Source of the DNA: Heterodontus francisci
Taxonomy: Eukaryota
NCBI RefSeq assembly: GCF_036365525.1
Contig: NC_090409.1
Span: 39,504,437-39,568,436 of the forward strand
Length of the DNA stretch: 64,000 nucleotides
Reading direction: 5' to 3'
Shown: one piece after another, positions 24,701 through 37,100 of the stretch
Numbering within the stretch: position 1 is the stretch's first letter
Layout of the letters: every line of letters begins with the position of its first letter
The notes under the pieces: model-generated
What the model was told of the DNA's origin: nothing
Databases searched by the model: none
The model's input: only the letters and a program-made list of their open reading frames with translations
Program-made: the position numbers and the translations under genes

Positions 24701-26090
24701 ACCCCCCTCCCTCCCGGCCCTGACACAGTCCATGGTGCCTCTCCCCATTACTGACCCCCCTCCCTCCCGGCTCTGAGACACATTGAGACCGGGAGCAGCC
24801 GACACAGTCCATGGTCCCTCTCCCCATTACTGACCCCCCTCCCGGCTCTGAGAGACATTGAGACCGGGAGCAGCCCTGACACAGTCCATGGTCCCACTCC
24901 CCATTACTGACCCCCCTCCCTCCCGGCCCTGACACAGTCCATGGTCCCGCTCCCCATTACTGACCCCCCTCCCTCCCGGCTCTGAGACACATTGAGACCG
25001 GGAGCAGCCCTGACACAGTCCATGGTCCCACTCCCCATTACTGACCCCCCTCCCTCCCGGCCCTGACACAGTCCATGGTCCCTCTCCCCATTACTGACCC
25101 CCCTCCCTCCCGGCTCTGAGACACATTGAGACCGGGAGCAGCCCTGACACAGTCCATGGTCCCTCTCCCCATTACTGACCCCCCTCCCTCCCGGCTCTGA
25201 GACACATTGAGACCGGGAGCAGCCCTGACACAGTCCATGGTCCCTCTCCCCATTACTAACCCTCCCTCCTGGCTCTGAGACACATTGAGACCGGGAGCAG
25301 CCCTGACACAGTCCATGGTCCCTCTCCCCATTACTGACCCTCCATCCCGGCTCTGAGACACATTGAGACCGGGAGCAGCCCTGACACAGTCCATGGTCCC
25401 TCTCCCCATTACTGACCCCCCTCCCTCCCGGCTCTGAGACACATTGAGACCGGGAGCAGCCGACACAGTCCATGGTCCCTCTCCCCATTACTGACCCCCC
25501 TCCCGGCTCTGAGACACATTGAGACCGGGAGCAGCCCTGACACAGTCCATGGTCCCACTCCCCATTACTGACCCCCCTCCCTCCCGGCCCTGACACAGTC
25601 CATGGTCCCGCTCCCCATTACTGACCCCCCTCCCTCCCGGCTCTGAGACACATTGAGACCGGGAGCAGCCCTGACACAGTCCATGGTCCCTCTCCCCATT
25701 ACTGACCCCCCTCCCTCCCGGCTCTGAGACACATTGAGACCGGGAGCAGCCCTGACACAGTCCATGGTCCCACTCCCCATTACTGACCCCCCTCCCTCCC
25801 GGCCCTGACACAGTCCATGGTCCCGCTCCCCATTACTGACCCCCCTCCCTCCCGGCTCTGAGACACATTGAGACCGGGAGCAGCCCTGACACAGTCCATG
25901 GTCCCTCTCCCCATTACTGACCCTCCCTCCCTCCCGGCTCTGAGACACATTGAGACCGGGAGCAGCCCTGACACAGTCCATGGTCCCACTCCCCATTACT
26001 GACCCCCCTCCCTCCCGGCTCTGAGACACATTGAGACCGGGAGCAGCCCTGACACAGTCCATGGTCCCTCTCCCCATTACTGACCCCCCG
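21695..26090 (-). repeat. ~81-bp minisatellite, ~55 units, overlapping the start codon
   Basis: Unit (minus) GGGGGGTCAGTAATGGGGAGAGGGACCATGGACTGTGTCAGGGCTGCTCCCGGTCTCAATGTGTCTCAGAGCCGGGAGGGA, with 77-85 bp and ~53 bp variants. Confidence 0.97.
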
Positions 26091-26119
26091 GGTGTGAGAC
26101 ACTGACAATACCTGCAGTG

Positions 26120-26308
26120 CTTTTCTATCCATTGCCCCTGATCCTCAATCACCAGCTCCCGGAGACAGTCACATTAAACACTTTTCCATCCATTGCCCCT
26201 GATCCTCCCACCAGCTCCCGGAGACAGTCACATTAAACACTTTTCCATCCATTGCCCCTGATCCTCAATCACCAGCTCCCGGAGACAGTCACATTAAACA
26301 CTTTTCTA
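26120..26308. repeat. ~60-bp tandem triplication
   Basis: Three copies of tccattgcccctgatcctc..caccagctcccggagacagtcacattaaacactttt. Confidence 0.9.
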
Positions 26309-26419
26309 TGTCATCATTCAGAGGCGGATCTGTCCCAGTCTTTGTGTCTGGGTCCATTCAGAGGGGGATCTGTCCCAGTCCCAGTCCCGGTCCCTTCCCC
26401 TCCCCCATGGTCTGAAGTG

Positions 26420-26810
26420 AACAGTTTCCCGGGAGCTGACACTCGGATTGTTGTTTCACTCAAATCCCTTCCCGGGAAAAGCAGCTTTTAACACAGCTTT
26501 TCCTGACAGAGACTGCACCATTATTACACACTCCCCCACTCAGTGTGACAATGGATCAGTCCAGGCCCGCCCACAAAGTTCACTGATGAAGTTAATGAAG
26601 TGTCTCCATTTCTTCACTCACACTCAGTGAATGTGGTCAGTTTACAAATTCTCCCTGTGGCTGCATGGGTTTCCAGGCCCGCCCACCAGGTTCTGTTTAT
26701 CGTAAACGTTCAATTACTAAAACCACAAATTCACCGCAGTCCTCACAGACTTGTTTAATTTAATCACACAAACCACCTTTACTGCAGAAGCAGGAAATGG
26801 AAACTGCTGA
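26420..26810 (-). promoter_or_regulatory. Candidate promoter of leader 1
   Basis: TTCCCGGGAA palindrome (26469-26478), two ggcccgccc GC boxes, ISRE/EICE-like GGAAATGGAAACT (26793-26805). Confidence 0.35.
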
Positions 26811-27779
26811 AATATCTCAGACTTTGTAAAAACATATACAGAGTTTCACCCTTTCAGCTCCATTCTCCTCCCCCTGTGCTGTTTCTATTCTATTTTATTC
26901 TCTGACTGTTCCTCAGAACTGAATCCACATCTTCCAGGGTGTTTTCTTTCACTGAATTTGAGATCCAGCTGTGGTTCAGTTGGTAGCTCTCCAGGACTTG
27001 GGCACAAAAATCAAGCTTTATTTGAGGGTGGGTGCACAGGGAGCCCCGCACTGCCGGAGGGCGCGGTGCAGAGGGAGCTGTCTGAGAAACGGGGAGGGGT
27101 GGGGGGGGTGTTCTGGGTGGTCACTATCACATTGCTGGCTGTGGGATCTTGCTGTGCACACACTGACTGCTGCATTTCCTACATTACAACAGTCAATACA
27201 CTTCAGAAAAAGTACATCATTGGCTGGGAAGCATTTTCAGATGCCGGTGGTCGTGAAAAGCAAGACTTGCGAGACTTTTTTCTCCCGCCACATCAGCTCC
27301 ATCAGTGAGAGCTCGAACCTCCCTCTCTGTTACATCTCCCAGACTTTACCCACTCAGCCCATCTGCTGCTGAAGCCCTCATTCCTTCCTTTCTTACCTCC
27401 ACACTCAATTATTCCAACCCTCTCCTGGCCTGAATGAGGCTCCACATTGAGGATTGAACCTGACAAACGTTTACCTTCACTGTCAAAACTCACATGAAGA
27501 ATGGATGTTTATGTGGGCAAACAGAGGGCTGCTGGTATCCACGTGTCAGACATGACTCAGTGGGTAACACTCACCTCAGTCAGAAGGTACTGCAGTACTG
27601 AGTGAGTGCTGCACTGTCAGAGGTACTGTCTTTCAGGTGAGAGGTTAAACCGAGGGCCCTGTCTGCCCTCTTTGATGTGAAGGATCCCACAACCACAAAG
27701 CCAGATCCTCCTGGTGTATTTGTCAATGTTTAGAATTTAACCAACACATAAAACAGTTTAGTGCAGACATTTATCACAT

Positions 27780-28970
27780 GGTTATTTGTGGGAACTTGTT
27801 GCGTGTAAATTGGTGAGAAAGACACTGTATAAATGGGAGAAACTGAAACTGGAATTTACCTTTCGGAGATACATTGAACTGTTGGTTGGGGCTCTCTCCT
27901 CGTGTTGCTCTGATTTGGAACATGTTTGACTGTCCCTGTGGCCTCAAGACACACGACTTTTAATGGAATCCATACTTCAGGATAAACTAGATCTTCCTCA
28001 TTGTTGTGAGTGAGTTTACTTCAGTACCCAGGACACATTGATCACTCCATTTAGTTGCTGTTGGCCTTGTTTCAGTATCTGAGACACATTGAATGTCCTC
28101 ATGGCTGTGGCCTTTTCACCTCTATTATAATCCCCACTTGTTATCTCTACCCCGGTGAGCAGAGGTGAGAATTCCAGTCTCTGAATACTGGGTTCACATC
28201 CAGCAGGAAACTGGTACCCGATGGGAGCAGAGAGTCAACCCACCACCCATTGTATCGACCCGGACTCTCCTGGTAGGGTGTTGTTAGTCAGGATAAGGAC
28301 CTGTCCATATAAAGAAAGAGTCTTCCTTATGGAGCACAATCTACTGGGTGTAAAAGCAGTGGAAGGAATCAGCTGCCTCATTTTAAAATGATATATTAAT
28401 TCCTGAGATGTGGGTGTCACTGGCAAGGCTGGTATTTATTGTCCATCCAGAGACGCCCCTTGTGAAGGTGGTGCTGGGTCTTCTTGAACCGTTTCAGTCC
28501 CGTGTGGTAAAGGTGCTCCCACGGTGCCGTTAGGGAGGGAGATCCAGGATTTTGATCCAGTGACGATGAAGGAACGGCCGATATATCTCCAAGTTGGGAC
28601 GGTGTGTGGGTGACTCGGAGGGGAACATGGAGGCGATGGTGTTCCCATGCTCCTGCTGCCCTTGTCCTTCTAGGGGAGGCTGGAGGTTGTGGGTTTGTGA
28701 GGTTTTATTGAAGAATGTGAGACTGGGAACAGAAGAGAAAGAAGACTTGTTATCCTCCTCGTCCTGTCACCCTCCTCTGGGAAACCTCAATCCCAGACAA
28801 TAAATTCATTCATTAAATAAAAAACACCTTTACAATAAATACAACTTCTTATTCCATTAAACATTTCCCCCAACAATTCCTTCTCAGAGCTTCCTTAATG
28901 TGAGTTATCCCTCAATAAAATAAACTTTCTGAAGTTGGCCATTCACTTTGACCTTTCACCTCCTCACACA
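27780..28970. repeat. Direct segmental duplication, copy 2 (partner ~6880-8080)
   Basis: Near-identical sequence. Confidence 0.9.
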
Positions 28971-29019
28971 TATTTAAATTTCAACTGTTTTATCTTTGAA
29001 CTGTTTCTGCTCGGGTCAG

Positions 29020-29340
29020 TGGCACCTGAGACAGCCGCCAATCAGGTGCCACAACGCCCTGTCACTCAGGATTCCCCGCCCAACCGACGGGCTGAGAAAA
29101 CAGCCAGCCAATCAGGGAAAGGATGTGCGAGCTGCACTTCCGCCAATCGGTGCTTTCCGCAGATATGACGACACTGTAAAGCGGGATTGCTATTGGTCCC
29201 TGATGCCATTAGAAACCGATAAACAAGGTTACGTGTTCAGCCGCTGATTGGCTGATGGCTCGCCCAATGGCGGAGGATGAAGAAGGCGGGGGAAAATCAG
29301 CCGCCATTTTATGACGCAGTCTGATTCACCGCCAAACTGT
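29020..29340 (+). promoter_or_regulatory. CpG-rich multi-CCAAT/YY1/CRE promoter-like element (inverted paralog ~53690-53960)
   Basis: At least 6 CCAAT/ATTGG boxes, GC boxes, CCGCCATTTT (YY1) followed by TGACGCA (CRE-like) at ~29301-29318. Confidence 0.55.
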
Positions 29341-29595
29341 TAATTCCGGGAATTGTGAAACAAATGTTTGTTTGAGGTGATATTTCGGCGTCGATGTTAT
29401 CCAGAGGAGATGCGTTTGCTCAGGATGCAGTGTGATCGGGAACACCGGGATTTTCAGGAGCAGCCGGTAACAGCAGCTGAGGAACAAATGTCAGAAATGG
29501 ATGTTTGTCTCCACAGAGCAGCTGGACATCGCTTTGAATCGTGTGTTTCCCATTGTAAACATATTGGTCACAATGTCCACCCCCAGTCTGTCATT

Positions 29596-32253
29596 AAAAT
29601 TAAAGCAAATGACTGCAGATGCTGGAAATATAAAAAAAAAGGCTGGAAATACTCAGCAGGTCTGGCAGCGTCTGTGGAGAGAGAAACAGAGTTAATGTTT
29701 CAGCTCAGTGACCCTTCATCAGAACTGACAAATATTAGAAATGTGAAAGGTTCTCAGCAAGTAAAGTGGGGGTAGGGCAAGAGGTAACAAAGGAGGTCTC
29801 GATAGGACAAGGTCACAGTGAGTAACTGACCAGAAGGTCACGGAGCAAAGGTAAACAATATGTTAATAGTGTGTTGAAAGACAAAGCATTAGTACAGATA
29901 GGGTGTTCATGGCCTGAAACTGAACAGCCACAAGCAAAACAATAAAAAAGTGGGTAAGCAAACTGAACAAACTAAGATAAAATAAAAACAAACAAAAAAG
30001 AACTAAAAATAAAAGTAAAATGGGGGGCCCGCTATGCTTTGAAGTTATTGAACTCAATGTTCAGTCCGGCAGGCTGCAGCGTGCCTAATCGGTAGATGAG
30101 ATGCTGTTCCTCGAGCTTGCGTTGATGTTCACTGGAACACTGCAGCAATCCCAGGGCAGAGATGTGAGCACGAGAGCGGAGGGGGAGGGGAGTGTTGAAA
30201 TGGCCAGCAACCGGACGCTCGGGTACATGCTTTCGGACCAATTCTCCATTGCACTACCACCTCATCACCTATCCACGGCACCTTCCCCTGCAATTGCAGG
30301 AGGTGTAATACCTGCCCATTCAATTCCTCTCTCCTCACTATCCCAGGCCCCAAACACTCCTTTCAGGTGAAGCAGTGATTTACTTGTACTTCTTTCAATG
30401 TAGTATTCTGTATTAGCTGCTCACAATGTGGTCTCCTCTACATTGGGGAGACCAAGCACAGAGTGGGTGACCGCTTGGCTGAACACCTCCAATCAGTCCG
30501 CAAGCAGGACCCTGAGCTTCCGGTTGCTGGCCATTTCAACACTCCCCTTGCGCCCCCCCACCCCCCCGCCCTCATGCTTACATCTGTGTCCTGGGATTGC
30601 TGCAGTGTTCCAGTGAACATCAACGCAAGCTCGAGGAACAGCATCTCATTTCCCAATTAGGCACACTACAGCCTGCCGGACTGAACATTGAATTCAATAA
30701 TTTCAGAGCATGACGGGCCCCCATTTTACTTGTATTTTGTGTTACTTATTTCTTCAATTGTTCTGTTTTATTTTTATCTTAGTTTGTTCAGTTTGCTTAC
30801 CCACTGTTTTTTTTCATGTTTGTACTTGCGGCTGTATAGTTTTCAGTTCATTAACACCCTCTCTGTACTAATGCTTTATCTTTCAACACACCATTAATAT
30901 ACTGTTTGTCTTTGCTCCATGACCTTCTGGTCAGTTACTCTCTGACCTTGTCCCATCTACACCGCCTTTGTTATCTCTTGCCCCAACCCCACTTTACTTG
31001 CTTAAAAAGCTTCACATTCCTGTAAGGACTCCATTCCATTCTCCCAGTTTCTCCGTCTCCGACACATCTGCTCTGATGATGCGACCTTCCATGATGGTGC
31101 TTCTGTTATGACCTAAACCGAGGATTTCCCCCCCACTGTTGTTGACAGGGCCCTCAACCGTGTCCGGCCCATTTCCCGCACCGCTACCCTCACTCCTTCC
31201 CCTCCCTCCCAGATCCGTGATAGGGTTCCCCTTGTCCTCACTTTCCACCCCATCAGCCTCCATATCCAAAGGATCATCCTTCGCCATTTCCGCCACCTCC
31301 AGCGTGATGCCACTACCAATGGCATCTTCCCCTCCCTTCCCCTGTCAGCATTCTGAAGGGATCGTTCCCTCCGTGACACCCTCGTCCACTCCTCCATTAC
31401 CCCCACCACCTCGTCCCCGTCCCATGGCACCGTCCCCTGCAATCGCAGAGGTGTAATACCTACCCGTTTACCTACTCTGTCCTCACTATCCCAGGCCCCA
31501 AACACTCCTTTCAAGTGAAGCAGCGATTTACTTGTACTTCTTTCAATGTAGTATACTGTATTCACTGCTCACAACGTGGTCTGCTCTGCATTGGGGAGAC
31601 GAAACGCAGACTGGGTGACCGCTTTGCGGAATACCTCCACTCAGTCCGCAAGCAGGACCCAGAGCTTCCGGTTGCTTGCCATTTCAACACTCCCCCCTGC
31701 TCTCATCTCTATCCTGGGATTGCTGCAGTGTTCCAGTGAACATCAACACAAGCTCGAAGAACAGCATCTCATTTTCCGATTAGGCACACGACAGTCTGCC
31801 GGACTGAACATTAAGTTCAATAACTTCAAAGCATGGCCGGCCCCCCATTTTAATTTTATTTTTAGTTATTTTTACAATTTTTTTTCTTCTGTTTATTTCA
31901 TTTCATCGTAGTTTATTCAGTTTGCTTACCCACTGTTGTTTTTTTCATGTTTGTTACTTGCTGCTGTTCAATATTTAATCCGTTAACACCTTATCTGTAC
32001 TAATGCTTTGTCTTTCAACACACCATTAACAAATTGTTTGCCTTTGCTCCAAGACCTTTTGGTCAGCTGTGTGGCCTTATCCAATCTACACCTTCTCCTT
32101 TGTTACCTCTTACCCATCCCCACCTCACTTGCTTATAACCTTTGACATTTTGAATATTTGCTAGATCCGAAGAAGGGTCACTGACCAGAAACATTAACTC
32201 TGCTTCTCTTTCCACAGATGCTGCCAGACCTGCTGAGAATTTCTTGTTTTTAT
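29596..32253. mobile_element. Penelope-like retroelement insertion with inverted and tandem partial copies, 14-bp TSD
   Basis: GIY-YIG-type FTCTSFNVVYCIHCSQRGLLCIGETKRRLGDRFAE (31515-31739). 29596-30240 is inverted relative to 31600-32253. CCCAGTCTGTCATT is duplicated at 29582-29595 and 32254-32267. Uninterrupted site seen at 52681-52710 (-). Confidence 0.88.
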
Positions 32254-32514
32254 CCCAGTCTGTCATTGTTCTCCCAATGTGAGGTGGAGCTCAGGAGATG
32301 AATTCCTGATATAACTAACACGATTCCCCAGTAATATACACATTACTGATTTCAGTCCCAGACACCCAGACAAATGTTCTTTCCAGGAGACAGCTAACTG
32401 CAGTCTGTATAAATTCACAAGGTTAGCACCATCCAGGAAGATCAATCCTGATATAATCCATATCACCAGCAGCCCCGAGCTCTGCTGAAATGTGAGAGCA
32501 GTCACAGCGTTTAC

Positions 32515-32662
32515 CTGAAACAGCAGCAACAGCATTTAGCAGCAGCAGGAGGAGGAGTTTCTGTAAGTTGGGTCCCTGCAACAAGAAAACACAGTTACCC
32601 CCCTTTACCACAGTTTCTTGCTGCTCATGTCCATTTCTGAACCGGGACAGGAGACAGTCCAT
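32515..32662 (-). CDS. Leader exon copy 2 (orphan or alternative first exon)
   Basis: MDCLLSRFRNGHEQQETVVKGGNCVFLLQGPNLQKLLLLLLLNAVAAVS, intact G|gtaaac donor. No V exon found between it and 21705. Confidence 0.55.
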
Positions 32663-33095
32663 GGTCCCGCTCCCCATTACTGACCCCCCTCCCTCCCTCC
32701 CTCCCGGCTCTGAGACACATTGAGACCGGGAGCAGCCCTGACACAGTCCATGGTCCCTCTCCCCATTACTGACCCCCCTCCCTCCCGGCTCTGAGACACA
32801 TTGAGACCGGGAGCAGCCCTGACACAGTCCATGGTCCCTCTCCCCATTACTGACCCCCCTCCCTCCCGGCTCTGAGACACATTGAGACCGGGAGCAGCCC
32901 TGACACAGTCCATGGTCCCTCTCCCCATTGCTGACCCTCCCCCGGGTGTGAGACACATTGAGACCGGGAGCAGCCCTGACACAGTCCATGGTCCCTCTCC
33001 CCATTGCTGACCCTCCCCCGGGTGTGAGACACATTGAGACCGGGAGCAGCCCTGACACAGTCCATGGTCCCTCTCCCCATTACTGACCCTCCCCC
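32655..33095 (-). repeat. Start-codon minisatellite, 6 units
   Basis: Six ccatggtcc cores; the distal units are a 76-bp cacacccgg variant. Confidence 0.92.
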
Positions 33096-34109
33096 GGGTG
33101 TGAGACACTGACAATACCTGCAGCTCCTTTCCCATGGGGAGATGGAGAAGAATCACTTCCTGCTCAGCCGCATGTTCAAGCCGGTCCTGGAGCATGCGAC
33201 CCAGCGAGGGGCGGGGCCTGGGATTTCGGGGCGGGGCCAGGCAATAGGAGCGGCCACTATCTGCATCTGGGCCCATGGTGTGGGGAGGGGCTGTTACTCT
33301 GAGGACAGACAGAGGGAGATCAGTCCCGGTACCTTTCCCCTCTCAGAGGGGATGAAATGAACAGCCGGCAGGGAATCAGCACTTGCTTGTTCTTTGACTC
33401 AAATCCCTTCAGACAGAGGCTGCACCATTATTCCACTCACTCACAACCCCCCCCTTCTCAGTGTGAAAATGGGTCAGTCCAGTCCCCCCGCCGCCATCTG
33501 AGTCACGTGACTGCTGAACCCAATCGGCGGGAATTTGACTTCAAATTAGACCGGAAATGATGTGAATTCTCAGACTTTGTCAAAACAGAAACAGAGTTTA
33601 ACCCTTTCAGCTCCATTCTCCTCCTCCTGTGCTGTTTCTATTCTATTTTATTCTCTGACTGTTCCTCAGAACTGAATCCACATCTTCCAGGGTGTTTTCT
33701 TTCACTGAATTTGAGATCCAGCTGTGGTTCAGTTGGTAGCTCTCCAGGACTTGGGAACAAAAATCAAGGTTAACACAGCAGTGCAGAGAAATTTACAGGC
33801 AACACAAAAATTGGCCTGGTGGTTAATAGTGAGGAGGGAAGCTGGAGACTGCAGGAGGATATTGATGGACTGGTCAGGTGGGCAGAAAAGTTCCAAATGG
33901 AATTTAACCCAGAAAAGAGAGAGGTGATACTTTTTGGGGAAGTCAAACAAGGCAAAGGAATACACAATTAATGGGAAAATACTGAGAAATGTAGAGTAAG
34001 TGAGGGACCTTGGAGTAAATGTCCAGAGATCCTGTCGATAACCACCCTTTCAACCTGTCCTGCTAAGAAGGCATTTGGAATACTTTCCTTTATTAGCAGA
34101 GTATAGAAT

Positions 34110-37100
34110 GGCTCCTGGGCTGGAAGCTCCCTAGGAAGCTCCCTTGCTGTTCAACTCTATCCATGGCCATCTGCTCCCATCCCTAACGTTTTCTCCCCCA
34201 ATCTGCCCTCTTAAACTGTTTAAATTCCCCAGGCTCTTTAAATCAGTTCATTTTAGCCCTATCTAAAAGTTAACAGTTAGTTTAGTGTATGTTACCTGGG
34301 CCCACTGCCCTCCCCCAGCCACACCTGCTCTTTGTTTTCTCAATGAAATTGATCCGGATGAAACTGACGAGCACAGCTGCCGATACTTTAATCTCCGATC
34401 CTGCTGTCTTCACAGTCCAGAGTGTCTGCAGCCACGGCATGCGGTAAGTCCATTGAGGTGAAGAAGGAGCTGCGGGACCCGAGAGAAGTCCTGTGAAAAG
34501 GTGCCCCGAACACCCAAAAAATCCACGAACGGCCCCCCCGGCCGCAACTTCAAAGCGCCCGCGGGAGATGGCTCGGAGAGCATCTGCAGCGCACTGTCGG
34601 CAATGCTGCATGCCTTTATTTAAACCACTGCAAAAAAAAAAAACCCTTAGCAAATGTAATCACCTCTAAGTCTGCCAAATGATGCTTCACCTCCCGAAGG
34701 ACGTGGATGAGCTTTCCGGACGTCGATGGTGGGCACTGAGGAAATGGCTTATTACCTGCACCAGATTCCACCCCCCCTCCCCCCCCCTTTACCCCCCTTC
34801 CACCCCCCTCCCCTTCCCTGCTCCACCCTCTCAGCTCACCCCCTCACAACCCCGTCCCAGCCCGCCCCCCCCCGCACCCCCTTCCCCTGCACCCCCTTCC
34901 CCTGCACCCCCCCCCTCCTCCCTCTACCCCTCCCCCTTGCATCCCCTCCTCCCACCGGCACCATCCTACACCTGTGTAGGGGCCCCAACAACCCCACTGC
35001 CTTGTGGGCGTCTCGGGAGAGACCAAGGCTAAGGGAGTAAACCCTAACAGAAAATCCGGAGCGGAACCCCGTAGGCGGTCATGTGTCACCTTTGGCATGT
35101 TTCCGGCAGTTCCTGCAGCCATACTGGTGCCAAACGTCGTGTCCTGCACTCCTTTGGACCCCACCAGAAAGGCCGAGAGGGGGGTTTTGACGACTGGGCA
35201 ACTCTCAACCTCCATAAATTTGCCCAGGCATGCGCCATGGAGAGGTCACTCCATAGTTGCCTCACAGCGACTGAAACAACACGGAAGGCAGCAGTTACGG
35301 GTTATAAGTCCAGATAAATTGGCGTAGAAACTGGGCGCCACGGGTTGCCTTTGTCGGTGGGAGAGGTCATTGCACCTCACTGGACAGCTACCGCCCGCCT
35401 CAAACCGGGCAGCCCCCGGTCAATAAGGTTCTGTCCCGCCACAGTCTGCCTGCTTCAATGGGTGCTTGGAGCTCAGGGTCATTGCCCGAAAGGTGGACTG
35501 ATACACCGCACCAAACAACATGAAAAAAGGAAAGAAGGTACCAGCCCTTCGCTTTGCAAGCTGGAACGTCAGAACTATGTGTCCTGGCCTGTCGGAAGAC
35601 CTTACACAAATCAACGATTCTCGGAAGACCGCCATCATTAACAACGAGCTCAGTAGACTCAATGTGGACATTGCAGCACTTCAGGAGACTCGCCTCCCCG
35701 CGAGTGGCTCTCTAGCAGAGCAAGACTACACCTTCTTCTGGCAGGGCAGGGATCCTGAAGAACCAAGACAGCATGGAGTGGGCTTCGCCATCAGAAACTC
35801 CTTGCTCAGCATGATAGAGCCTCCCTCAAATGGCTCGGAACGCATACTGTCCATCCGACTGCTCACCACCTCTGGTCCAGTACACCTACTCAGCATCTAT
35901 GCTCCAACACTCTGTTCCGCACCTGAAGCTAAAGACCAGTTCTATGAACAACTCCATAACATCATTAGCAGCATCCCCAACACCGAACACCTATTCTTGC
36001 TGGGGGACTTTAATGCCAGGGTTGGGGCCGACCATGACTCATGGCCCTCCTGCCTTGGGCGCTATGGCGTTGGAAGGATGAATGAGAACGGGCAGAGACT
36101 GCTTGAGTTGTGTACCTATCATAACCTCTGCATCACCAACTCGTTCTTTCACACTAAACCCTGTCACCAGGTTTCATGGAGGCACCCAAGATCACGTCGT
36201 TGGCACCAGCTAGACCTCATTGTCACAAGGCGAGCCGCCTTAAACAGTGTTCAAATCACACGCAGCTTCCACAGTGCGGACTGCGACACCGACCACTCCC
36301 TGGTGTGCAGCAAGGTTAGACTCAGACCAAAGAAGTTGCATCATTCCAAGCAGAAGGGCCACCCGCGCATCAACACGAGCAGAATTTCTCACCCACAGCT
36401 GTTACAAAAATTTCTAAATTCACTTGTAACAGCCCTTCAAAACACTCCCACAGGGGATGCTGAGACCAAGTGGGCCCACATCAGAGACGCCATCTATGAG
36501 TCAGCTTTGACCACCTACGGCAAAAGTGCGAAGAGAAATGCAGACTGGTTTCAATCTCATAATGAAGAGCTGGAACCTGTCATAGCCGCTAAGCGCATTG
36601 CACTTTTGAACTACAAGAAAGCCCCCAGCGATTTAACATCCGCAGCACTTAAAGCAGCCAGAAGTACTGCACAAAGAACAGCTAGGCGTTGCGCAAACGA
36701 CTACTGGCAACACCTATGCAGTCATATTCAGCTGGCCTCAGACACCGGAAACATCAGAGGAATGTATGATGGCATGAAGAGAGCTCTTGGGCCAACCATC
36801 AAGAAGATCACCCCCCTCAAATCTAAATCGGGGGACATAATCACTGACCAACGCAAACAGATGGACCGCTGGGTTGAGCACTACCTAGAACTGTACTCCA
36901 GGGAGAATGCTGTCACTGAGACTGCCCTCAATGCAGCCCAGCCTCTACCAGTCATGGATGAGCTGGACGTACAGCCAACCAAATCGGAACTCAGTGATGC
37001 CATTGATTCCCTAGCCAGCGGAAAAGCCCCTGGGAAGGACAGCATTACCCCTGAAATAATCAAGAGTGCCAAGCCTGCTATACTCTCAGCACTACATGAA

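Noticed and set aside
21677-26152. Long ORFs (up to 558 aa) in the 81-bp array, also 42193-43186
   Set aside because: By-products of a 3n-length repeat with two stop-free frames. Not independent genes; only the frame running into the leader is potentially meaningful.
34110-34200. HDV-like ribozyme at the RTE 5' end
   Set aside because: Starts with G and has partial pairing, but I could not build the nested double pseudoknot by eye.
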